From the NCBI RefSeq assembly GCF_006345805.1, contig NC_043026.1, positions 8,122,001-8,186,000 of the forward strand: a stretch of DNA of 64,000 bases, read 5' to 3'. The stretch is from Octopus sinensis. Lineage: Eukaryota. Both the position numbers and the translations under genes were made by a program. Shown here one piece after another: positions 25,954-38,844 of this stretch. How positions within the stretch are numbered: the first letter of the stretch is position 1; each line of letters starts with the position of its first letter. Under the pieces are notes generated by a model that was not told the origin of the DNA, did not search any database, and saw nothing but the letters and a program-made list of their open reading frames with translations.

Positions 25954-26101
25954 CATATATATAGATACATATAATATATATATATTTATATATATTATAT
26001 ACATATAGAGATACATATATATATATATTTATATATATATATACATATATATAGATACATATATATATATAATATTTATTATAATATACATATATAGATA
26101 C

Positions 26102-26133
<32 letters not shown>

Positions 26134-26885
26134 ATACATCTATATAGATACATAATATATATATATATTATATAATATATATAACTATATATAGATACAT
26201 ATATATAATATATATATCTATATATATCATATATATAGATACATATATATATATATATATATATTATTACATATATATAGATACATATATATATATATAT
26301 TTATATATATATATACATATATATAGATACATTATATATATATTTAATATATATATACATATATATAGATACATTATATAATATTTATATATATATATAC
26401 ATATATATAGATACATATATATATATACGTATATATAATATATATATATACGTATATATACGTCGTTTGCCAGCTCTGTCTGGCACCTGTGCAGGTGGCA
26501 TGTAAAAAACACCCACTACACTCGCGGAGTGGTTGGCGTTAGGAAGGGCATCCAGCCGTAGAAACACTGCTAGATCTGACTGGGCCTGACGAAGCCTTCC
26601 AGCTTCACGGACCCCAGTTGACCCGTCCAACCCATGCTAGCATGGAAAGTGGACGCTAAATGATGATGATGATGATGATGATATACATATATGTAATATA
26701 TACGTATATATATATATATATATATATTATATAGTATATATACATATATATATACGTATATATTTACACTAATATAATACGTATATATACATATATATTT
26801 ATACATACACATATATATACATATGGATATAGATATATATATACGTATATATACATATATTATACATACACATATATATATATAC

Positions 26886-26957
<72 letters not shown>

Positions 26958-27318
26958 ACACGTATATATACATATATATATATACATATGGATATATATA
27001 TGTATATATATGGATATATATATATATATATATATACACGTATATATACATATATATATATATACATATGTATATATATATGTATATATATATATATACA
27101 TATACACGTATATATATATACGTATATATACATATATATATATAATTAATTAATAAGGGTGAGAGAATAGATACATAATTTAATAGTATATCTATTCAAC
27201 ACCCATATAGTGACCACTCTCTTATATTTATATATACATATATATATATATATACGTATATATATATATACGTATAAATATATATATATACGTATATATA
27301 TACGTATAAATATATATT

Positions 27319-27361
<43 letters not shown>

Positions 27362-27410
27362 GTATATATATATATGTATATATATTATATATTTATAAAT
27401 ATAAATGTCA
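25080..27410. repeat. ~2.3-kb degenerate (TA)n field with an embedded family D element
   Basis: direct reading; other long TA/TG fields at 10700-11230 and 40855-41170, (CA)n at 54660-54915, purine tract at 44190-44560. Confidence 0.95.
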
Positions 27411-27854
27411 ACATATGATTTATGGTGATGATAATGTGTGTGTTTCTGTTTGGGTGGGCGTGTCTAAGTGTTCCGGTATGCCATGTATGCAGTCACTGCT
27501 TGTTTTTTCGTTCCCCTCACTCCAGTGAGCAATGGTGGGGTTGGGGGCAGGCAGGTTGGTGTACGTGTATGTTTGTGAGTGGTGCATACGTGTATAGGAA
27601 GCACCGGTGTGTCTGTGTGGTAAGAAGTTTGCTTGACGACCACCTGGTCTCGGGATCAAACCCTCGCATGGCACTGTGGGTAAATGTCTTCTACTAAAGT
27701 CTCTGGTGAACTGAAACCTCGTGGATTTGGTAAATGGAAACTGAAAGAAGCCTCTCAGGTATATACAAGCGTTCAGGATACATTTGTGAATAGTCAACGG
27801 TGTTGGAGAGCATGACGATTAAATTTATGGTTAGGAAAAAGTCAGTCGGCATGG

Positions 27855-28268
27855 AGTTAAGTTAAGTTAAGTTATGTTAATTTTTTGGCTCAAAAAGCAA
27901 AAAGCAAGGCCATGTAGGGGGACATGGAGTTATGTACAGGGAGGGTGTTCATGCAAAGAGTTCAGGCCATTTCTGATCAAGGGAGACTTTGAACCGAGCG
28001 GTCATCGGCATCTTCACTATCTTGTCCGGCAGCTTATTCCACGGATCCGCAACCCGGACGGAGAAAGCCCCCTCTCCTTCGATTGAGATGAAATCGTCGC
28101 AGATAGAGCTTTTCGGAGTGACCCTGCAGCCGACGCTCTGGAGCAGGAGTGAAGAACAGCTCTTTCGAGAGGTTACACTTTCCGCTTATGATGTTGTGAG
28201 CGAGAATGAGATCACCACGGCGTCGGCGTTTTTCTAGAGAATAAAGGTCGAGGACTGGAAGCCATCTG
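27855..28268 (-). mobile_element. CR1-type LINE 3' fragment with (TAACT)n tail
   Basis: LDLYSLEKRRRRGDLILAHNII...GHSEKL...(frameshift)...FSVRVADPWNKLP. Confidence 0.85.
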
Positions 28269-28796
28269 AATATTGGTTTCAAATTTTGGCACAAGCCCAG
28301 AAAGTTCTGGGGGAGTGGATTAGTCGATTACATCGCCGCCAGTGCGCCACTGGTACTTATTTTATTGACGGATTTAATTTGGGGTCTGAAGCATTGACAT
28401 GCATGAATTAGATGCCCTTTATCAGTTTCAGATATAGTCTTTGTCACAGCGGACTCAAAAACCAAGGTAGGACAAGTATCTCAATATTTAGAATATTTAT
28501 TGGATGTCTTACAGCTGTTTCGGGGGTATCCCAAGAAACAACTGTAAGACATCCAATAAATATTCTAAATGACTTGAGGTACTCGTCCTGCCTTGGTTTT
28601 GTTGTCCTTTTCCCCCTAATATACACCTGCTGGCTGGGAAACCTACTACAGATCCCTAACTCCAGCTTCAGCTGTGAACATGGAACCCAACGGATGACCA
28701 ACTATAGCGTTTACACAGCGTACCTATTTGTTGAGCTCACCAGCGATCTAAACCCTTATCGTCTCTCTTTCTTTCTCTCTCTCCCTCTCTCCCTCC

Positions 28797-28833
<37 letters not shown>

Positions 28834-28835
28834 AT

Positions 28836-28883
<48 letters not shown>

Positions 28884-29064
28884 AATGAGAAAATGGAGAA
28901 ACATATCTAAATCAATCATCAACTATCAGATAATACCAAATCACATACTATATTAAAACACTACCAATAGCAATGAGATTAGACATTAATACAGTACAAT
29001 AATTACAAAGTATACTGGATATATGTTATCCCATGGAGGGTTGAATTACAACCCCTATCTCATT

Positions 29065-29107
<43 letters not shown>

Positions 29108-29517
29108 CTCTTTTACTCTTTTACTTGTTTCAGTCATTTGACTGTGGCCATGCTGGAGCACCACTTTTTTAGTCGAGCAAATCGACCCCAGGACTTATTC
29201 TTTGTAAGCCTAGTACTTATTCTATGGGTCTCTTTTGCCAAACCACTAAGTTACGGGGACGTAAACACACCATCATCGGTTGTCAAGCGATGTTGGGGTG
29301 GCAAACACAGACAGACAGAGTGTTATACTGATCCTATCTGGGGTGTTCTACTCACTCCAAACTTTATGAACAGCAAGGCTTTGCACATCTTTGTCCCTTA
29401 AATGAGTCCCACTCCTTTCTTATATTGCAAAGGCACACACGCTTGCACATGCACCGGACTTTCATACAAATTCCATGGATCAAATTCCATTCCCAAGATT
29501 CCAGGAGTCACACAGCA

Positions 29518-29892
29518 GTCCCCAAATTCCATCCCCTCCTCACTGTGGTGGGGACGCTGCCAATGGGTAGTGTCAGAGCTATGCTGTCGGGAACTTCAGT
29601 TCCTTGTAGGGCCACCCAAGGCGGATTGGTCTGACACTGAGTGGTATTAGGGCCACAACCTGGCAGACGGGGCTCTGTTGAAAATCCTCAGAGTGTCTGT
29701 TTGCGTCCCCAAAGTCCATCTCCTCCTCACCGTGGTGGGGACACTGGCAACGGGTAGCGTCAGAGCTAAGCCGTCGAGAACTTCGGTTCCTGGTAGGGCC
29801 ACCCAAGGCGGATTGGTCTGACTCCGAGTGGTATTAGGGCCACAACCCGGCAGACGGGGCTCTGGGGAAAATCCTCAGAGTGTCTGTTTCGG
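29518..29892. repeat. 187-bp GC-rich tandem duplication inside an unclassified block (29300-30090)
   Basis: gtcccc at 29518 and 29705; atcctcagag at 29684 and 29871. Confidence 0.85.
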
Positions 29893-30991
29893 CAACCGGC
29901 GGCTCCTTGGTCGTTCTGTCCCTGTGTCTGCGGACAATCTGCGGCAAACAGGATGTCTCCACATGCGGGATTGTTGGGGACCCTTTGTGAAATCCACATA
30001 TTCCCACGAAACTTCTTCACTGCCTCGAGGGTGGTAGAAGCTGCCGACTCAACCCACCCAGGGTGAATGTCGCCACATGTACAAGTAAGTACACAGCAGG
30101 AATGAACCGAAACCCACAGGTTGCGAAGGAAACTCCCTCAACCACACGGCTGCGTCTGTAAACGCTCTAAATTGGACTCCTCCTCATTTCATTGTTTGAT
30201 GGGTGGTGATGATGGAGGTGGAGGTGGTGATTGTCATAGTGATGGTGGTGGCGGCGGCGGTGAAGGTGGTGGTTGGCGTTGTTACTGTTATTGCTGGTGA
30301 CGATGGTGGTGATGGTGGTGGTGAGGGTGGGGTTGATGCTGTTGTATCAGTGGTGGGGGATGAAGGCGATGGTGGGAATGGTTTTTCTTGCTGTGGTGAT
30401 AGAAGAAGCAGTGGTATTTGACTGGTGTGACCTGGGGAGAATGAAGGAAATGCTATTGTTGCTGTGCACTTCTGCTATGGGGTGGGGGTGGGGATTCCTA
30501 AAGTCATACCCCACCATCATCACCACCATCCCCACCACCACTGCCGTTGCCACCACCACTGCCGCCGCCGCCTCCACCACCAACACCACACCTCCTCCAC
30601 TACCACCACCACCACCACCACCACAGCTGCCATTGCCACCACCATCATCATCGCTGTCATCACTCCCACGACCACCACCACCGCTGCCGCCACCACTGTC
30701 TGGCCAGTGTCCCATCCAGGCGGGGAATTCATATGCCCTTGAAAATGGGAAACCGGCCCCTATGAGTTGGTATGGCTCAAGAAGGAAACAAGATGGTGAG
30801 CTGTTGCCCATTGCTACGTTCTGAGTACAACTTCTGCCAGGGTCAACTTTGCCTTTTATCCTCTTAGGGGTCGATATATTAAGTACCAGTTGCACACTAG
30901 TGTCAATCTAATTGACTAGCCTTTCCTCTTCCAAAATTTCAGGCCTTGTTTCCTTTAGTAGAAAGGATTATTATTATTATTATTATTATTA

Positions 30992-31413
30992 TTCTATGTT
31001 TGACTTTTGTTTTAAATTTGTACAAGTTGGCTCCAAGTCTCACCCAGGGACCGCAAGAGGCAACAGGTTGGAAGTTCACGTTGTTGTTATGCCTAGTGTG
31101 CCATATATTTGGGGTTTTTTTTGGTGTTGTACTAGTGAATGTCTAATAAATAAATCTGTTTTTAGATTCCACATTCTGGTTACCTCTATTTCCAGGTCTT
31201 TGTATTTTGAAAGTTTCTCCATTTCTTTTAGAGGCACCTTGTCATCCGCTGGTATTGATACATTAATTAGAAAGCATTTTTTGTCATCATGATCTCTGAC
31301 AACTATATCTGGTCTGTTGGCCTTAATTTCTCTATCTGTGTGTATTGGCATATCCCAGAGTATGGTTGCTTTCTCGTTTTCTGTGACCTTTTCTGGTGTG
31401 TGCCTATACCATC
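30992..31413 (-). mobile_element. R4/Dong-type RLE domain fragment
   Basis: ILWDMPIHTDREIKANRPDIVVRD...LINVSIP...KLSKYKDLEIEVTRMW; (TAA)n on both sides. Confidence 0.85.
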
Positions 31414-31447
<34 letters not shown>

Positions 31448-31448
<1 letters not shown>

Positions 31449-31888
31449 TTTATTTTTCCTTCTTTCTTCAAATTTTCTTCCGTTTCCTGCCGAGTGTTTT
31501 CCATACACCTAGGGCAGAGAAGGGCATTGTATGCATTCCCAGATTACACATGCAAATTCACAGATAAAATATGTATTTAAAAAATTAATAAATAAATAAA
31601 TTCATGGATGGATGTTATTTTCACAGCGATAATGCTCTCCTCAGTACATGAGCCGTTCCAGTTAATACGATTTTTTGCACTTCCTGTAGGGATGGTGAGC
31701 CTGGAATCATTTTCAAATAGGTTTCAGTACCTTTTTTTTATCATTCCTAGAGATCCTATAATCACTGGTACTGTAGTCGCCTTGAGATGCCACATTTTTT
31801 CAATTTCTATTAGCAACTCTTTATATTTACTAATCTTGTCAAATTCTTTCGCTGCTATATTGTGATCACAGGGAATACTCACGTCCAT
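31448..31888 (-). mobile_element. second R4/Dong-type subfamily, 3' end with UTR
   Basis: SIPCDHNIAAKEFDKISKYKELLIEIEKMWHLK...VPVIIGSLG...VQKIVLTGTAHVLRRALSL*, then (TAA)n. Confidence 0.8.
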
Positions 31889-31944
31889 TAATAAACACAT
31901 CCTTTTTTATTATTATCATTATTATTATTATTATTATTATTATT

Positions 31945-32499
31945 GAGTGAGAGAGCAGTGCATGCCATCAAAGTGACACTGGGGTAAAATATACGAAGCC
32001 CAATATACCCATCATGACTACCCGTCTGATAAGGGTACACCAGCACATGCATCACAACCATATGTGCGCGACATGGTGATCTCATATCAAGATAAACAGC
32101 ACATGACCTTGCAGGTGGGGCCCAGTTAGAATTTTCTTCAGGTTGAGTAGCCCATCCTGCTCAAACGGTCCCTGAATAAGAGTTGCTTTAGGATGTTGAA
32201 CGAAACACCTATGTTTCCAGAGGTGAACCATTCAAACTCCAAAGAATCCCTCTCAACACATGGCCATGATGCTCCCCCACTACTTCTGCTCGTGATCAGA
32301 GATGCACATATCGTCAGCCACTAAGGGACATGCTCAACTGGTTAAGGTCAAACAACTGACAAGCAAATCTGTGGTATTGAGCAGAATATTTGCTGTTGCC
32401 CATCTCTTATACCAAGACAAAACAATGTACATCATAACACTTGCAATCAGTTAAGATCAGAAGCCATGAGAGCCACTGCCTGGTACTGCATCAGGGCAT
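31945..32499. mobile_element. ~550-bp family G element in an (ATT)n tract
   Basis: near-identical to 46552-47104 (opposite strand) and 35487-35961; partials at 33040-33210 and 34500-34610; no Pol III boxes or ORF seen. Confidence 0.8.
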
Positions 32500-32544
32500 T
32501 TATTATTATTATTATTGTTGTTATTATTATTGTTATTATTATTA

Positions 32545-32576
<32 letters not shown>

Positions 32577-32644
32577 TTTATTATCATTATTATTATTATT
32601 ATTATTTTATTATTATTATTATTATTTTTCTTATCTTTACCCAG

Positions 32645-32841
32645 GAACTTTGAATCTCTTCGATATGGCATGAAGAGTCAGACGGCACAGAGCTCGGCAG
32701 AGCGTGAATACTACTACAGGTGGATGCTGCGTGAGGATACGGATGCCTGCATGCTGCGGTTGTTTGAGTGTTTTATGGAGAGTGCACCACAGCTGACCCT
32801 GCAACTGTACATCCTGGTGGTGGACCCTGCTGATGCATCAA
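32645..32841 (+). CDS. XK-related protein (XKR4/6/7-like), internal exon NFESLRYG...DTDACMLRLFECFMESAPQLTLQLYILVVDPADAS
   Basis: cccag acceptor (phase 2) and GTAAGG donor (phase 1); hallmark XK motif MLRLxExFxESAPQLxLQLYI. Confidence 0.93.
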
Positions 32842-33214
32842 GTAAGGAAACTTGTCTTTTTTTGTTTTGTTTTGCATTTTTATTTTTGAGTGTTATGAAG
32901 GGGTGGGCATAGCTGGGGTGGTTATTAAGCTTGCTTTGAAACCCTAGACTTCTGGGTTCCGTCTAACTGCACGCCACCCCAGAATGTTGTCAGACGCTCA
33001 CAGCCCTCTACCTGTCAGACTATGGGATCAGTGGATGGTAAACAGCGCATGACCTTGCAGGTGGGGCCCAGTTAGAATTTTCTTCGGGTCGAGTAACCCA
33101 TCCCACTCAAAAGGTCCCTGAATAAGGGTTGTTTCAGGATGTTGAACAAAACACCCATGTATCCAGAGGTGAATTATTCAAACCCCAAAGAATCCCTCTC
33201 AACACATGGATTGA

Positions 33215-34420
33215 TGGTGGAGAAGTGTGACGATGTTCTTGGGAAAACTCTGGGCATCAGCAAAAAGGAACTGGTCAGTCTGCTCCAGAGGGCTTTCTTG
33301 TTGGACAGCATCCTGGATAACTTCCAGATGTCCTTGGCTTGATAGTGTTACTGGTTGCGGTGGGAGCACTACCAATTCGAGATAAACTCTACAGACATGG
33401 ATGCATTGCCAGATGGGCTTGTCCGAGGAGTGTGCCGAGTGACGAAACCATTCTGCACGCACTTATTCAGTGTCCAGGAATTATTGACATGTGGGGTTAT
33501 GTGAAACAGCTGCAGTCACAAAGGCGGCGAGCTGGCAGAAACGTTAGCACGGCGGGCGAAATGCTTAGCGGTATTTCGTCTGCCGCTACGTTCTGAGTTC
33601 AAATTCCGCCAAGGTTGACTCTGCCTTTCATCCTTTCAGGGTCGGTTAAATAAGTACCAGTTACGCACTGGGGTCGATATAATTGACTAAATCCGTTTAT
33701 CTGTCCTTGTTTGCCCCTCTGTGTTTAGCCCCTTGTGGGTAGTAAAGAAATAGGTATTTCGTCTGCCATTACGTTCTGAGTCCAAATTCCGTCGAGGTCG
33801 ACTTTGCCTTTCATCCTTTCGGGGTCGGTTAAATAAGTACCAGTTACACACTGGGGTCGATATAATCGACTTATACCTATGTCTGTCCTTGTTTGTCCCC
33901 TCTGTGTTTAGCCCCTTGTGGGTAGTAAAGAAATAGGTATTTCGTTTGCCGCTACGTTCTGAGTTCAAATTCCGTCGAGGTCGACTTTGCCTTTCATCTT
34001 TTCGGGGTCGATAAATTAAGTACCAGTTACGCACTGGGGTCAATGTAATCGACTTAATCCGTTTATCTGTCCCTGTTTGTCCTCTCTGTGTTTAGCCCCT
34101 TGTGGGTAGTAAAGAAATGGGTTCTGTCTATCAGCCGAGTCCATAGTGACGATTGCTATGCTGTCCTCCTTCTGTTGGGCAAGCAGTGCAGTTTTCCTTT
34201 GCCTGGTGGCTGTGATGAAAGGAGATGTTTGGTGGACAAGGCTGAGAGGCGTAAAAATCGATGCATCCCTCTTTGGTAGAGCTCATTGACGACTTCAAGT
34301 TTCACTTGAGAAAGAAAATTGAGGGTGGAGAGGGAAGTGCTGCCCTCTAGTGAGTTTATTGAAAGGTTGGTGACAGTTACAAAAAATGGCCCAAGGGAAA
34401 CGTGCCTCTCTAAGTGTAGA
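33215..34420 (+). mobile_element. Tx1/L1-type LINE ORF2 C-terminal fragment, split by a SINE C array
   Basis: GALPIRDKL...CPR...ETILHALIQCP zinc-knuckle; continues FLCLVAVMK..VWWTRL...FKFHL..K.RVEREVL. Confidence 0.75.
33525..34118 (+). mobile_element. SINE family C tandem array (3 units) interrupting a Tx1-like LINE
   Basis: units joined at gaaataggta/tttcgt; the LINE reading frame resumes after the array. Confidence 0.85.
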
Positions 34421-34609
34421 CTTGTGAGTCAGAGAGAAGGCATTTGAGAGGGCATTTGCTCTTGGTGTTCAGGGAAACCTTGGAGAGTAGGGTTCCTCAA
34501 TGATCCCATGCTCAACCGGTTTAGGTCAAACAACTGACAAACAAATCTGTGGTATTGAGCAGAATATTTGCCATGGCCTGTCTTTTATGTCAAGACAAAA
34601 CAATGTATT

Positions 34610-35425
34610 ATTTTTCAAGTTCCACTTGAAAAGGAAGATGAGGTTCGAGAGGAGAGTGCTGTCTGATGGCAAGTTTTCTGAAAGGTGGGTGGATGGAAGC
34701 ACTCCGTCGGTTACGACGACGAGGGTTCCGGTTGATCCGAATCAACTGAACAGCCTGCTCATGAAATTAACGTGTAAGTGGCTGAGCACTCCACAGACAC
34801 GTGTACCCTTAACGTAGTTCTCAGGGATATTCAGCGTGACACAGAGAGTGACAAGGCCGGCCCTTTGAAATACAGGTACAACAGAAACAGGAAGTAAGAG
34901 TGAGAGAAAGTTGTGGTGAAAGAGTACAGCAGGGATCACCACCATTCCCTGCCGGAGCCTCGTGGAGCTTTTAGGTATTTTCGCTCAATAAACACTCACA
35001 ACGCCCGGTCTGGGAATCAAAACCGCGATCCTATGACCGCGAGTCTGCTGCCCTAACCACTGGGCCATTGTGCCTCCTGAAAGGTGGGTGAATTGTGCAA
35101 GAAAGGCCAGTATAAATGGACCAATTCTGAGGTTTCGCCTGTAATTGAAGAAGATATTATAAAAGGAGAAAGGGGCTCTCTACCCCCCTTTTGACCAGGC
35201 TCCCATGGCTTTTATGGGTTTTTCCATGTGAGACCTTTTCCTTTTTTCGAAGTGTCTCCTCTATTGGGAGTTTTGTAAATTGTTGAATTTTTTCGCTGTT
35301 GTAAAGCTTATTTACACGGACTTTTTTCTTTCGAAAACGGACAAAACCTTTTGTAACCTTTCATCCTATTTTGTCCCTTTATGTTTTCCAATCATATTTG
35401 TCAGCCCTTGTGGCCAATAAAAAGA
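34610..35425 (+). mobile_element. second Tx1/L1-type LINE copy, 3' end and UTR, split by SINE B
   Basis: FFKFHLKRKMRFERRVLS...ERWV; ends cagcccttgtggccaataaaaagaa. Confidence 0.7.
34692..35077 (-). mobile_element. full-length SINE family B with ~13-bp target-site duplication
   Basis: tgaaaggtgggtg at 34679-34691 and 35078-35090; inserted in a Tx1-like LINE tail. Confidence 0.9.
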
Positions 35426-36214
35426 ATTAATTATTATTATTATTATTATTATTATTATCATTATTATTATTATTATTATCATTATTGGGTGAGCGAGCAG
35501 AGCATGCCATCAAAGTGACACTGGGGTAAAATATACGAAGCCCAGTATACCCATCATGACTACCCGTCTGATAAGGGTACACCAGGCACATGCATCACAA
35601 CCATATGTGCGCGACATGGTGATCTCATATCAAGATAAACAGTGCATGACCTTGCAGGTGGAGCCCAGTTAGAATTTTCTTCAGATCGAGTAACCCATCC
35701 CGCTCAAAAGGTCCCTGAATAAGGGTTGTTTAAGGACGTTGAACGAAACACCCATGTTTCCAGAGGTGAATTATTCAAACCCCAAAGAATCCTTCTCAAC
35801 ATATGGCTATGATGCTCCCCCACTACTTCTGCTCGTGATCAGAGATGCACATATCGTCAGCCACTAAGGGACATTCTCAACTGGTTAAGGTCAAACAACT
35901 GACAAGCAAATCTGTGGTATTGAGCAGAATATTTGCTGTAGCCCATCTTTTATACCAAGACATTATTATTATTATTATTATTATTATTATCATTATTATT
36001 ATTATCATTATCATTATTATTATTATCATTATTATTATTATTATTATCATTATTATCATTATTATTATTATTATTATCATTATTATTATCATTATTATTA
36101 TTATCATTATCATAATTATTAATTATTATTATCATTATTATTATTATTATCATTATTATTATCATTATTATTATTATTATTATTATTTTTATTTTTATTT
36201 TTTTCTTTCTACAG

Positions 36215-37146
36215 ATCCCCTGAGGATCATCTCCCTCCTCTCTTCTTGGATCGGAATCTGTTGGTCGCTGGCCTCATACTACAAATCATTACGATTCTCA
36301 CGAGAAAACAAAGAGAACTTGACAGTCTGTGGCACAGTGGCCTACTTTCTATGGCGGCTGCTCGAGGTTGGACCCCGCATCGTCATCATCTCCATGTTCA
36401 TGACACAGTACTACTTCTGGGTCGCCGTGCCCCTCTCGTTGCATTGGGTTTTTGTCTTTATCTGGCTCCAAATACAGCAACTGACCTTCTGTCAGAATTC
36501 CGTCTGGCAGACGTTTTTCAACATGATGTGTGCTTTCGTCTCAATCTTCTGCTTCCTCAATGCAAAAGATGGGACGTCCCGCTATCGTTGCATTCTCTTC
36601 TATGCCATTTTCTACACAGAGAATATTGTGCTGTTTGCACTCTGGTTCCGCTTCACCGACCACATGGGCACCTGGTATCACCTGACTGCATTCTTCTTTG
36701 TGCTGTGTGGTGCTGTGCTCCAGGCAATCCTTTTTTGCTGCTACTACTGCTGCTGTCACCCAGAAAGTGGGTCCCTCGTTATCTGTAAGGAGTACGACAG
36801 CCACGAAATGTTCACCTCTCTCTGCTTCTCAATTCCAGCGACACAGACCAACGAACGTGAAAAGAACGTACCCCCAAACATGATAACCTACGAGAAGCAA
36901 GAACGAAAACAAAAACTGGATCAAGGGCTTGGATATGCACCTCACAAGCGGAGCCACATCTCAATGGTAACTGTAACGCCACCCATATCAGAACGGTCTT
37001 TAGCAATGGCTCGCAGTGGGCACAGCCTGGATGGTGACATATCCAGTTATCCTTCGTTCTCAGCCAGCTTCCAGACCAGTGACACAAAACTCTGCTTAGA
37101 TTCAGTATCAAACACTTCATCAAGGAAGACAGAGACAAACGTTTGA
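36215..37146 (+). CDS. XK-related protein, last exon (multi-TM region plus cytoplasmic tail, ends KTETNV*)
   Basis: ctacag acceptor in phase with the previous exon; motifs WSLASY.KSLR, FLWRLLEVGPRI, FCFLNAKDGTSRYR...FY.IFYTEN, YY...HP; the poly-Ile start of the 433-aa track ORF is intronic (ATT)n. Confidence 0.95.
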
Positions 37147-37590
37147 GCTGAGTTTTAGTTGAGCAGAATTAAACTAAGTTGAGCTAATCTGTTTTCAGTT
37201 GAGTCGGGTAGATCTGAAATGAATTGGGCCGATTTGAGTTAATTTCAGTTGAGCTGACCTCAGTTGTGGTGAACTCAGCTGATCTGAACTGAATTTCATT
37301 ACTTAGCTGATTTGAGCTGAGATGAATTGAGCATGGTTGAATTAAGATTACCTCAGTTGATCTTACATTTAGCTTAGCTCCGTTTAACTCAGCTCAGCTT
37401 GGCTATGCCTAATTCAGCTCAACTCTACATCACTGAGCTGAGTTTAGCTCTACTTAGTTCAATTCAGCTTAGTTCTACTTAACTCAGCTCAACCTAACTC
37501 TGCTTAGCTCAGTTAACTTGAGCTCTCTTCAGCTCAGTTCAGTTCAATTTATCTCAGCCAAACTCAACTAAATTCAGCTTAAGTCGAAGC
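37143..37590. repeat. degenerate pentamer tract switching from (GAGCT/GAGTT)n to (CAGCT/CAGTT)n
   Basis: begins at the XKR stop codon; the second half is the reverse-complement pentamer of the first. Confidence 0.8.
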
Positions 37591-38844
37591 CATGGAAAGC
37601 AGTTTCCTTTCTACAAAATGGTTCTTGTGTCTGAATTTGTGTATGTAAATAGTTGTATCAATGTATTTATGTCTCCCACACCAACACACACACACACATA
37701 CACGCACACACACACACACACACACATACACACACTCAACATTCGGAGTAGAACAATTAAACGTATCTATTTAATATTTCATTAAAACGATCCTCCTCCC
37801 CCCACCTTCAGACCACTGCCACCACTACCCTTACAAAAACTACACTCATTTCCATCACTTTTCAGAGTGAGAGAAACGAAGCAAATTCGTTAAGAGGAAT
37901 TGTTAGAAACAAATTAACAGGTACAAGAATAAATAAACAAACTTGACATATAAGAATTTTTTTTTTACCTAGATTTTGGAATATTAACCACCTGTAAGGA
38001 TACCATATTTCATTATGCAATCATAATATGCCACAGAGTGTATTGAACGTTTTTATAAGCCAGTACTGTGTACTGCTGTGTTAGCAGTGCTATTAAATCA
38101 TGCATTCAGGTTAATCTCTACAGACTTTCTCTAGAAATTGTATCCAGAACTGAATTTTGTTAGGATGTTTCGTATTTATCTATGTATCCGCTCAGTCGGT
38201 TAAACTGCACCGCAAAATGTGGGAGTAGTTAGGAATCTAAATCGGAAGAGACAGAGTCTCACACACACAACTTGAATTTTATATATAAAGATTTAATACA
38301 GGATTGCTAAAGAGTTACTAACAATTTTATAGCTTTATGATACTTTAAATTGGCAGATTTATAAAACACAGCTCGTATCTGCAAGGGATCTCTCAGGCTG
38401 TGCGTATGTGTTAGATGTGTTTTGAAAACCAGGATGCCGGACTGTAAGAAAATAATGGAAAAAAAGAGAAGGAAAAAATTTATTTATACATCTATATATT
38501 TATATATGTATCTATCTGTCTGTCTGTTTGTCTTTCACTTCTGTTGCAGTACTAATAACCAGGAGCAGAACTTGAATATATGCATGCTTCTAAATGAAGT
38601 GTTAGTCAGGTACAGAGGGGTTATGAGAAAAGCGATGACTAAGAACTGACCGATTATCTTATGAACTTTATTAAGATAATCCGATATTCCTTTGACTTCT
38701 TAGCTCTTATTTATATATTTACACACACACACAGTATGTAGCATGTTGCAATGTAGTAGCTTCTACCTTAGCACCAATCCAATGACAGCATTTTATATCT
38801 CATCTCTTTTGGCCCATGCTATATATATATATATATATAAATAT

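Noticed and set aside
35845-36214. 5' part of the 433-aa XKR ORF
   Set aside because: Family G repeat plus (ATT)n; the true acceptor is at 36214.
37143-37590. Resemblance of GAGCT pentamers to immunoglobulin switch regions
   Set aside because: Superficial: no GGGGT units or Ig context, and an invertebrate-like genome.
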